From: Halocafeteria seosinensis
Taxonomy: Eukaryota
Assembly (NCBI GenBank): GCA_001687465.1
Contig: LVLI01000118.1
Span: 124,001 to 167,202, forward strand
Length of the DNA stretch: 43,202 nucleotides
Reading direction: 5' to 3'
Shown here: positions 26,260 through 35,600 of the stretch, one piece after another
How positions within the stretch are numbered: position 1 is the first letter of the stretch
Layout of the letters: every line of letters begins with the position of its first letter
Notes under the pieces: model-generated
Seen by the model: only the letters and a program-made list of their open reading frames with translations
The model's database searches: none
Told to the model about the DNA's origin: nothing
Translations under genes and position numbers: made by a program

Positions 26260-26915
26260 CCCCACAAAAGCGTGCACCTTGTCGCAAAAAACGACGGTCG
26301 GAAAAAGCTCCAAATACACACGCTTAACGTCGATATTCCCTGGATCTTTTGTGGGCCCTACCGTGCAGTGAATGTACTTACCAGTCGGACCTCGAAAACG
26401 TGGCCTGCGATAGTATTCCGGTCAGTGAGAGCCTTTGAAATCCGGCGATATTTTTACCCCAGCTGCAAGTTCCCAGACAAGCGCCCGCAAAAGCGCGCAC
26501 ATTTTTTGGATACACCACAGAGTGCCGCCGAGCCATAAATGTGGGGTTTCTTTCAACTGATCACATTAGAATTGAACAATGCATCATATCATCTTATCCT
26601 CGTTGAGATCAATTCCTCCTATATTGGTCAATAGGTCCTCCAAAGTGGGCAGCCAAAAGCGGACACGCACCAGCAAAAGCGCACCAACCCACCCTCAAAA
26701 GCGTGCGTTTCAGCTTCACAAATGCAGAAATCCGCAAAAGGGCGCCCCTGTTTTGGCAAGCTCTTATTTCACCATTCGTGCTCGGAATTGTATATTTCTT
26801 GTTTTGAATGATAGTAAAACAGTAAAAGTGCTATATGGACTATATCTCTTTTTTTTAATGCAGCCGAAAGCAACGGAATATGCCAACAAAGTCACCCGCC
26901 AAAGCGCACCCAGCT
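26260..26915. repeat. Dispersed AAAAGCGCAC-like motifs, possible subterminal region of the MULE-like element
   Basis: Motifs aaaagcgtgcac, aaaagcgcgcac, aaaagcggacac, aaaagcgcacc, aaaagcgtgcg and aaagcgcacc recur between about 26266 and 26911. Confidence 0.4.
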
Positions 26916-27120
26916 CAGGAAAATTGCCCCATGTTGTTCGCGGCTATATCTCGATATTGGATGGACGTATCCAGATTCCAAGACTAGATTTGGAATCTTT
27001 GTTAAAATGCGGCTCAGAAATGGTATCGCATGTTACATGAAGTGACCTAGGGATGGAAATACAATTTTACCCGTGGGTAAAATATATTTTTCCCGATCTG
27101 GGCGATTTGTCCCGCTCACC

Positions 27121-27828
27121 TTACCAGCCATGGAGGTTCCAAGGACCGTCTGCAAAATTATGGCTTTCTTGAATCAGCCAATGTTTGACGACTTCCAGCT
27201 CCACATGCCGTCTTGCTGGATGTTTACTGTCGTAACTGGTAATACTCCTGCGTGGAATGTTGATCACGATGACGGCCCAATGGACTCTCTGGGGAAAGAT
27301 TGGGATAATTATTTTCTCCGCTGGCATGTGAAGCCGGAACCAATTCCCGACGTTTGCGTAGCAGAACTCAGTTTGGTTGTAATACAGGCTGTCCATGAAT
27401 CCCGTTCCAAAACTCACGACGCTATATCCCAAAGACCGGGCTTCCGCAGATACCATAAGGAAGGCCGCGTCTAGGAAGAAGTTGGTAACCCACAAGTTAT
27501 CCTGGCATGCACGAAGATCAACAAAACGCAGGCCTGCTTCTCTAACTATGGTCTGTCGTCTCCCCATTCGCTGGTACAAAAACACCCTCGCCGACCGGAG
27601 ACGCTGCTCCTCAGCGTTTTCCCGTCGGAGCTGAGGCAGTTGATTCACGGTACTTAAGAGTTGATGGTATTCCTGTAGACTGAGTCGAGGCTCACTGGAC
27701 AGAACAACATGCAGATGATCATTTAAGCCTATTTTTTGTAATATGGATGCCCGGTGATTGTTTCGGATCGAGCATCCCCCTGATCGAAACGCAGCTCTGC
27801 CCGTTCGATACAGTGAAGTGGTTTCCAC
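27121..27828 (-). pseudogene. Ulp1/C48 (SUMO-protease-like) peptidase fragment of a Mutator-like element
   Basis: Motifs WVTNFFLDA and KIIIPIFPQRVHWAVIVINIPRRSITSYDS carry the catalytic His and Asp. The downstream Q..DCG catalytic Cys motif was not found. Out of frame with the upstream ORF. Confidence 0.75.
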
Positions 27829-28909
27829 CGTTGAACTTGAAGTTTGACTGTAGCAGGCGTAGGTCGCCGATTCGATACTGCTACAGTATTAGGACTTCCA
27901 TTATTTACTGAGTTGTTATGACTGAGAGTGGTATAACAATCCCGATCTGTACCCGTACCTTCGGCTTCGCCACGTGCTGAACGGCGCTGTGGACGATTTC
28001 CATTATTTACGGAGTTATTATGACTGAGAGTGGTATAACAATCCTGAACTGTACCCGTAGCTTCGCTTTCACCGTGAGGAGAACGGCGCTGTGGATCGCT
28101 GCTTATCGATTCGCTGGCTACGTGAACATCTGGTACTGTACGAGTACCACAATACAAATCTGACTCCGACGTAGGATGCTCTTGTGGAGTATCACTTCCA
28201 ACGACGTACGCGGCATCTGTAGAAGTTAAGGATTCTGAAACAGCCAAAGAACTACGAGTGGTGCTACTGGTGGTACATCCCTGATTACCTCCAGTCAGTG
28301 CACCCAGCATCTGCTTGTTGTGTCGGCCTTCAGCTGTCCCTTGTTCGCTCGGATAGGGATCATCGGTGCATGATTGTCTCCTCCTACGTGATTGGGAACG
28401 ATTTTGCGCTTCCTCAACCAGTACCTGTGTCCGCCGTTCAATGATGCCCAATTCTCCGAGGATTTCCTTTTGGTCCTCGCAACGGGCAACACGGTTAACA
28501 TAATCGTCTACATGCTGCAGATGTTTTCCAGTCGTTTGTCTATCGCGGCGTTTATGAGATCGCCTGGAAGACGTCCTGGGATTTGACGATTCGGTTCCTC
28601 TTGCTTGCCTGCGGAAGAACGTGTCGGGGATTGCGTGGATGGCATTATGGGGTACTGACAAGCCTTCGTTGTTGGAGCGACGTTGCTCTCCAACAGAACC
28701 ACAAATGTTCGCCCGTTCCACGATCTCCGGCCGTTTATATTGATCCGGTATGCTCCGGAAGAATTCCTCATTCTGCAGCTCTGTTGCTTCCAGCAGTTTC
28801 CTTGTTACCTGAGAGATGGATACCTTCTTAATGTTCCCAAGATGCTTTTTTTGAAAGTCGTTATTCCACGACTCAACCCGGGCGGTGGTGGTAGGTTGGG
28901 ACACAAGTC
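27729..28909 (-). pseudogene. C-terminal part of a MULE-type transposase plus disordered linker, 5'-truncated
   Basis: TTTARVESWNNDFQ resembles the TTNxxESxN motif carrying the catalytic Glu of MULE transposases. It is preceded by a splice acceptor (ttctgtcag). There is an internal 102-bp duplication at about 27899-28092, and the ORF is adjacent to a Ulp1 domain. Confidence 0.6.
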
Positions 28910-28943
28910 CTGACAGAACAAGTTAGAACTCTCTTTCTATTCC

Positions 28944-29318
28944 TTAAGGAATTTCATCCTGATCCACAAATAAGGAATTTTTTAAATCACCAAAACATTT
29001 AATTATATTACTAATTTTTTGGGATTCTCGTGGTTGAGTGTGTGGTGGTGCGTTAAGAGCAAACAAACCTTTAGGGGTAAAAAGAAAAACATCAGGTAAG
29101 TTATCAAAGAGTAATTGTATACGGCTTAATAGTACCAAATTATCATCAGTAATTTGCTTTTCATACCTTTTAATTTTATCTAATTTCTCACCCCATTCAT
29201 AACGGTGATTTGGACATAGAAATTGATAATCAGAATTTAGTAAAGTGTCTAAACAATTGGGGGGATGTAATACTACTATATTATGCTTAATACTATACAA
29301 AAAATTATCTATGTTCAT
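28944..29318 (-). CDS. Hypothetical viral protein
   Basis: Intact AT-rich ORF. The likely start MNIDNF directly follows TATATA and the element's 38-bp motif. Confidence 0.6.
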   Translation of the reverse strand: MNIDNFLYSIKHNIVVLHPPNCLDTLLNSDYQFLCPNHRYEWGEKLDKIKRYEKQITDDNLVLLSRIQLLFDNLPDVFLFTPKGLFALNAPPHTQPRESQKISNIIKCFGDLKNSLFVDQDEIP

Positions 29319-29357
29319 TATATAAAATGTTTTTGAAAACATTTTAAATCTTAAAAC

Positions 29358-29433
29358 ACAGATGCTTTAAAAACCATCTGTAATACTTCAAACTTACAGA
29401 TGCTTTGAAAACCATCTGTATTACTTCAAACTT
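29358..29433 (-). promoter_or_regulatory. Two tandem copies of a 38-bp promoter/operator-like motif
   Basis: acagatgcttt(a/g)aaaaccatctgta(a/t)tacttcaaactt occurs twice. Related copies lie at 31578-31614, 31638-31660 and 32615-32648, always upstream of ORFs. Confidence 0.7.
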
Positions 29434-29469
29434 AAACTAAATTATAGCATGTGTTTACCGTGGTTTTAA

Positions 29470-29556
29470 GCTTGTAGTCCGAAGCTACAATGACCGAGGC
29501 GTCATTGAGCTTTCGCTTGTAGTCCGACGCTACAATGACCGAGGCGTCATTGAGCT
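29470..29556 (-). terminator. Duplicated 42-bp double-hairpin unit at the 3' end of a gene, putative transcript-end signal
   Basis: gcttgtagtccga(a/c)gctacaatgaccgaggcgtcattgagct occurs at 29470-29511 and 29515-29556. Stems are ttgtag/ctacaa and caatgac/gtcattg. It abuts the stop codon of 29555..29962. Confidence 0.5.
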
Positions 29557-29962
29557 AACCTAGTAAACCAAACGTGGCAACATTACCAACATCACGAGCT
29601 AATCTACCAATATTTTTGGCATCACCTCCGCCTTTCTTTTCATATAATCCTTCCTGTTTTACAATGTGTGAAGCTTTAGGTAGTGAAACACCCCTAGCTT
29701 TCATGACCTCTTTAACTATATCTCCTCTATTACGGAGGCTCTTGTTTTTTCTAGTGCCAGATTTAGCACTTTTCTTACCTTTAGCACCTCCAGACTTACC
29801 TGCTCCAGCTAAGCCTTCAAGAAATCCACTGAATCCTCCCCCGATTTTTGAAACCTCTTCTATAAATTCATTTCCTTTTCCGGCTTTATCCAATTCGTCA
29901 TAGAGTTGAGTCAGAAGTTTCTTAGCATTGGCTTTAGTTAGCTTTTTTCCTTTACCTGCCAT
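29555..29962 (-). CDS. Small basic (Lys/Gly-rich) putative virion core or DNA-condensing protein
   Basis: Very basic. Contains RGDIVKEVMKARGVSLPKASHIVKQEGLY, a motif type I recall from virophage/PLV-like genomes, and three GG sites. Confidence 0.7.
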   Translation of the reverse strand: MAGKGKKLTKANAKKLLTQLYDELDKAGKGNEFIEEVSKIGGGFSGFLEGLAGAGKSGGAKGKKSAKSGTRKNKSLRNRGDIVKEVMKARGVSLPKASHIVKQEGLYEKKGGGDAKNIGRLARDVGNVATFGLLG

Positions 29963-29974
29963 ATTTCTTATATA

Positions 29975-30850
29975 TTATATGTGAATATTTTGTTTTCCTA
30001 ATCTTTCTTTTGTTTTTTGATTTAATAAGTCTACAGTTTTCTTTTCTAGATCAGATATTTCTTTTAAACTTGAATTATCTAGAATTTGGTTCAATTGTTT
30101 GACAAGTTTTTTATTTTTAGGATATTGTCCGAAACTAATCCAGTACCATTTTTTCACTCCCTCTAAAGCTGACTTAAGGTGAGAAGACCTTATACCGATT
30201 TTTTCTTGCTCTAACAAAGTTATTAACACATCTAAAGATTCCCTAATTTGATGTAAAGAACCTAAAGCTGGATCGTTTAAGACTTCCAATATTTGGGAGT
30301 TTTCTTTATTTTGTTTTTGTTCTAACATATAAAATCTCTTTAATGCTTTATAATACTGTTTTTCTTCTATTTTTTCGTTATAATCCTCTTTTAAAGTCGT
30401 CTTAATATTTTTGGTTGATTTACCTGTATGAAAGTCAATTACATTAGTAAACTCATGAAACTGTCCCGTACTAGGTAGAAAACCTATTAAGTCTATCTTA
30501 AATTTTGATCCTGTATCTTTAATAGCTGTTGTGAATTTTACATTATCTTTTTTACCCCTTATAATATCTTCAGGACTCCATCTTATAGGTTCTCCATTCT
30601 TTTCACCTGCTTTGATATCTGTAATCCAGAGATTGGGTTTCTGTTTTATTTCGTTTATTTTTTCCTTTAGTTGTGTCCAGACTTTTGTAGCTGAAATATT
30701 TTTAGGTATTTTTTCATTCAAATCGTAGTCCATTGTATAAATTAAGTAAGGGTTTTGTTGAGAACCAACTAATTTCGCTTTGTTGGTAAAGCTCAGAAGA
30801 TTCATATAACTTTTCTCCTTAGTGGTCAAAAATAATTTACGTTCTGACAT
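29975..30850 (-). CDS. Putative Pol-beta-superfamily nucleotidyltransferase
   Basis: LVGSQQNPYLIYTMDYDLNE fits hGS-x(9-13)-DhD, and FKIDLI is a candidate third Asp. Helical C-terminus. Likely start MSERKL. Confidence 0.6.
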   Translation of the reverse strand: MSERKLFLTTKEKSYMNLLSFTNKAKLVGSQQNPYLIYTMDYDLNEKIPKNISATKVWTQLKEKINEIKQKPNLWITDIKAGEKNGEPIRWSPEDIIRGKKDNVKFTTAIKDTGSKFKIDLIGFLPSTGQFHEFTNVIDFHTGKSTKNIKTTLKEDYNEKIEEKQYYKALKRFYMLEQKQNKENSQILEVLNDPALGSLHQIRESLDVLITLLEQEKIGIRSSHLKSALEGVKKWYWISFGQYPKNKKLVKQLNQILDNSSLKEISDLEKKTVDLLNQKTKERLGKQNIHI

Positions 30851-30913
30851 TAAATCTTTATAGTTAACTGAAAGAAAAACCATTTTAAACCATATGACTA
30901 TGGTTTCTTAAGC

Positions 30914-31270
30914 TTAACGCACCAGTTTTTTGACTGTCCGACTATAAACTGGATAAACAGTCATTTTGTGATTAATGTTACCCAAATCACACCAGCTTTT
31001 ATAAGCATCTTTGCTTTTTACAGGTTCAATTTGATAGTAATATTTCTTTTCCCAAGTAAAACTTCTATAAATCATTAAAGGAATGGGTAATTTAAATTCG
31101 TTTGGTGGCTTATTTTCTTTCTTCATCCAAGCTCCAAAAACAGGTCTAGAAGCTACATATTCTATTTTTTCTACTTTGTCATTAGATTCTAATTTAGGAT
31201 GAATAATATAATTTGGAGTTTGCTGAAGTTTTAAACAATCCTCTTGTCTTAAAGCTAACCAAGGAAACAT
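30914..31270 (-). CDS. Hypothetical viral protein
   Basis: 118-aa ORF packed in tandem with its neighbours and sharing their AT-rich codon usage. Confidence 0.6.
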   Translation of the reverse strand: MFPWLALRQEDCLKLQQTPNYIIHPKLESNDKVEKIEYVASRPVFGAWMKKENKPPNEFKLPIPLMIYRSFTWEKKYYYQIEPVKSKDAYKSWCDLGNINHKMTVYPVYSRTVKKLVR

Positions 31271-31283
31271 TACCCAAATTTCT

Positions 31284-31565
31284 TTATCTTTCCGTCCTAC
31301 ATATTAACTGTTTCTCACCCATTAGGTCTAGTCTTACTTCCACATGATGATAAATCTTTCTTAACCAATCGCTGATTTCCCTTTTCTTAGGTAGTTTTTT
31401 CACTTTTAGTGAAAACCAAAGTGGTAAAACCTTTTCTTTATCTTCCGTGTCAACATATTCATAGAGTGGATAACAACAACACCCTTCTAAACTCGTGTTA
31501 ATTTCCGATCTCTTTAAAATCAGTTTTCGCTCTCTTTCATCATAATGACTATAATTCTTTTCCAT
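31284..31565 (-). CDS. Hypothetical viral protein
   Basis: Likely start MEKNYS, directly downstream of the 38-bp motif and TATAAG. Confidence 0.6.
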   Translation of the reverse strand: MEKNYSHYDERERKLILKRSEINTSLEGCCCYPLYEYVDTEDKEKVLPLWFSLKVKKLPKKREISDWLRKIYHHVEVRLDLMGEKQLICRTER

Positions 31566-31693
31566 CCTTATATTATAACAGATGCTTTTAAAAACCATCT
31601 GTATTACTTCAAACGCAATAAAGAATTTGTTTCTTTCTTTTGAAGTTTAAGATGGTTTTCTTTTCTTATATTATAAGAAAGAAAAGCATATTA

Positions 31694-32611
31694 ATGAATA
31701 AAGCTTTGAATATTATCGCACAATTAACACAAGGCGTAGATGATGCCACTTCACTGAGAAAAAAGCCTAAAAAAGAAGGTAAAAAGCAGAAAAAGGAGGA
31801 AGGTAAGAATAATGATAGATTTGTAGGTCGGGAAAGTAAACCTGATTTTGATAGTAATAGCTGTAAAACTCCCAGTGATGAGGTTTATTTTCAAATTGCT
31901 AAAGCTTCCTATCAACTTCCTAAAGAAAGACCTAAACTAATAAATCGTACTTATGAATATCAAAAAGACCTTTCCACTAAAGCTGTTTGTCTCTATATTG
32001 ATAAGTTAAATAATTCGGCTGTGCTGGGATTCAGAGGAACCAACGTAAGTGACCCAATGGATTTAGTAGCCGATACTAAAATCGCTTTCAATAAATTAAA
32101 TGAAACTCCACGCTTTCAAGATGATGCTCAAACAGTTAGCAAAATTTTGGAAAGTTTTAAAGATAAGGGTTTTTGCTTTTTCTCCGTGGGTCATTCACTG
32201 GGCAACGCCGTTCAGCTACAAATAGATCGTGAATTTGGTCGCTTTATTAAAAGTGGTAGAGGATACAACGGTGCTCTTCAGCCTAAGGATGTGCTAGAAT
32301 CACCGAAAAAGTTTAATTATTGGTATATCAAGGGTGATCCCTTGTATCAATATTCGGGTCGTATGTTAAGAAGAAACTTATCTGTTTTTCCTAGAGTTTC
32401 TAAGAAATCAGTTCAAAATCATGCTTTGGATAATTTCCAAGGTTTGACTAAGCAAGATACTTTAAAGAAAGGGGGTGCTAAACCTTCAAATAAACCTCCC
32501 ACTAAAAAGGATTTAACACAAATTGGATTCTGTTCTAATAATCAGAAAAAGATAAATGGCTTGCCTAAACCAGTCTATGATTTTCAAAAGACATTAACAC
32601 AAGAAAATTGA
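31694..32611 (+). CDS. Class 3 lipase-like alpha/beta hydrolase
   Basis: Motifs VLGFRGT...DLVAD, nucleophile elbow VGHSLG, GDP and NHALDNF give a Ser-Asp-His triad. Likely start MNKALN. Confidence 0.9.
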   Translation: MNKALNIIAQLTQGVDDATSLRKKPKKEGKKQKKEEGKNNDRFVGRESKPDFDSNSCKTPSDEVYFQIAKASYQLPKERPKLINRTYEYQKDLSTKAVCLYIDKLNNSAVLGFRGTNVSDPMDLVADTKIAFNKLNETPRFQDDAQTVSKILESFKDKGFCFFSVGHSLGNAVQLQIDREFGRFIKSGRGYNGALQPKDVLESPKKFNYWYIKGDPLYQYSGRMLRRNLSVFPRVSKKSVQNHALDNFQGLTKQDTLKKGGAKPSNKPPTKKDLTQIGFCSNNQKKINGLPKPVYDFQKTLTQEN

Positions 32612-32663
32612 GGATTTTGAAGTTTAAGATGGTTTTTTAAAAGCATCTTATATAGAGTAAAGA

Positions 32664-35600
32664 ATGAGTGTATCTCAGATTATTAACCAAAGTAATAATA
32701 AGATCTATAAACACCTAATACCTACCAAACATTCCTCACATGTTTCTAATATTACGGTGTCTGCTAGCAATGCTCCTACTTGTATAAAAAATTCGGCGGA
32801 TTTTGTCTGTGATGGAACAGCTGATCAGGATGAAATCAATCAAGCAATTCAAAGTGCTAATGACGGTGATCGCATTATGTTATCACAAGGCGAATTTGTT
32901 ATTGACGACCAAATTCAAATAAATACGTCAGTTAGTTTTTTGGGTGTTAATCGGGAGAATACTACTATTAAAGTAGATGATAACGCAACAAGTGATAATC
33001 ATTGGTTAAACGTCACAGCCAATGGTTTACTCATTCAGGATATGACCTTAGACGGTAATAATGGAAACCGAGGAGTTGATAATATTAATGATGTTCTTCT
33101 CCGTTTTCAAGGTGTTAACTTTTCTACTATTCAAAGATTGAGGCTCCTTTCAACCTCATCTTATGAAATTTATGTTGAGAATTGTAGTCATTTACTACTA
33201 ACCCAATTATATGTTGACAATACTGATTCTCAAAAAGGTTCCGCGGTTTATTTTAAAAGCTTGAATGCTACCTCGAATGTCTCTTTAACTCATTGCTATT
33301 TTGACATGTTAAACCGAACATGTATTGAAACCGATAGTGTAAACTCTCTAAGCATAGATAATTGCGAGGTACACAATGGTAATCGTCCTGTATCGTGTTC
33401 ACCTACGGATTCTAATGTTAGAGTTAGTAACTGTCTCTTTGATGGATGTACCAACATTCATTATTCAGGCAATAGAGGTGTGTTTTCCAATAATCAATTT
33501 ATTGGAACTAATGGGGCAATAACAATTTTCAACAATAGTGGAACTGGTAACGAAGATTACATCAATGGTTTATATTCTGAAAATGATCAGAGCGTAGTAG
33601 GAGTCATTCACATTGACGGAGGGTCTCATAATTCTGTATCTGATATAGAAATTATTAATCCAAATCACACAGCTATTGTGGTTGACAAAGATAATGGTAG
33701 CGGTTTCCCTTCTGTTGTTGATATAAATTCTGTTAAGGTTGATGAGACTGATAATTCAGCCTTAGACATTAAAAATTTAACTACAGGTTCTTTTTCCGAT
33801 ATCCTCCTCACTAGTGCTAGTAGTGCTACAGCTGTTTCTACTCAAAGCAGTTCAAGATTGAGATTTGATGGATTCCTATTGGTAGATGTTAACAAAGGTT
33901 TTAATGTGGATAGCACAACCAATAGTCAGTTTGGTGATATTAGGATCAAAAATTGTACTCAAGGTGGATTTGACCTTCAGAACAGTTCCACTGGTAATCA
34001 GTTTGCTAATATTAACGTTGATGGAGCTCTTAGAGGATTTTTCCTAACAAATACCGCCAACGATAATACATTTAGTCAAATTTCAATGTATAGTTGTACA
34101 CAAAACTGTATCCAAAATAGCGGAACTGAAAATAATTTTTCGGGTATATTTTGTTATAATACTGGTAGTGGAACTCCAACTGATAACAGGGGTGTTATAG
34201 AAGATGAAGCGAATGGATCCAATACTTGGCGAAATATTAGTATTTTACAAATCAGTTCCTCCTATGATTTTAAACCTCAGGGAGCTAATGGCTTTTTCCT
34301 AGGTTCAAATAACTCAACTCTTGAAAATATTTACATTGATGCCGATGTTACTGGAACTTTTGACCGTTCAGAGACACAAGGAGTACAAGCCCCTCTTTTA
34401 TCTGGTATTTACATAACCACCAATCAAGATTGTAACATATTTGGAGCTAAAATTTATAGGTGTCTAGAATTCGGAGTTCAGGTAGGAGTTGCTACCAAAA
34501 ACTTAAATTTAGAATCATCTGTTTTTCAGGCAAACACTAACGACGCTAATGAAGCTCTTGGCTTATATTTGAATGGTAATGGAACGCCTATTGAAAATAT
34601 GATTATTAAAAGTTGTGTATCCCAGAGCAATGACAAACAATTCAAAGTTGGTGGTAGTAATGCTGATTATGATGTTAGCGGAAGTACTGGGATTCAACAA
34701 CCATCAGAATCTGTATTGTCTAGTCTTCGTCACGGTGCTAGAGCTCACTATAATTTCAGTGGTTCAAATCCCCACAATGATAAAATTGGAACTTATGATG
34801 CTACCTTAGGTAGTCAAAGTTTAGTTTCAGGTAAAATAGGACAAGGTATTCAAAACGCATCCGGTTCTGATTATGTCTTAAATGGGGGTGGTTCACGTAT
34901 AAGTGGAAGTCTAATTACTGACCCTTTCACAATTAGTTTCTGGTATCAAACCCCTGATGTTAGTTCTTCAGCTATTGTTTATGCTACTGGTTTAACAGGT
35001 GATGCTTTTCGTCTTTCTCAAAGTAATGATAAACTTTCCCTCGCATCTGGCAATGGTTCGGATGATACAACCTCATTTTTGGAAACAGGTGTCTTTTATT
35101 TACTTACTGTTACTTACGACGGTTCCGATGCTCGTCTTTATGTAAATGGTGAGTTTAAGATTAGTCACAGTTTTTCAAGTTATGAATCAGCCGGTGGAGC
35201 ATTTTTGAACAGTACACTTAATTGGATCGTTGATGAAGCTTTAACATTTGAACGAGCCATTTCAAACGGTGAAATTAACATGATATATAATGGTGGTTCT
35301 GGAACACAAGCTCATATTAATCACGATTGGCATACTAGACCCGCTCAAAGTAATGTTCATATGAAAAGTAACCGAATTACTAACCTTGCTGACCCTACTA
35401 GTACCCAAGATGCTGTTTCAAGAAATTACTTAGAAGCTGGTATTATGGTTAATGATATTGATATGAATTCAAACCAGATTAATAACCTAAGTGACCCAAC
35501 TAGTGCTTCAGATGCTGTCTCCAGAAATTATTTAGAAGCTGGTAATATGGCTAATGCTCTAGATATGAATTCCAATCAAATTAATAATCTTTCTTCAGCT

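Noticed and set aside
26579..27040. 153-aa ORF and neighbouring short ORFs
   Set aside because: They lie in motif-rich, probably non-coding subterminal TE sequence, and no protein signature was seen.
29470..29556. Possible mini CRISPR array
   Set aside because: Only two repeats separated by 3 bp, with no spacers, no cas genes and a eukaryotic context.
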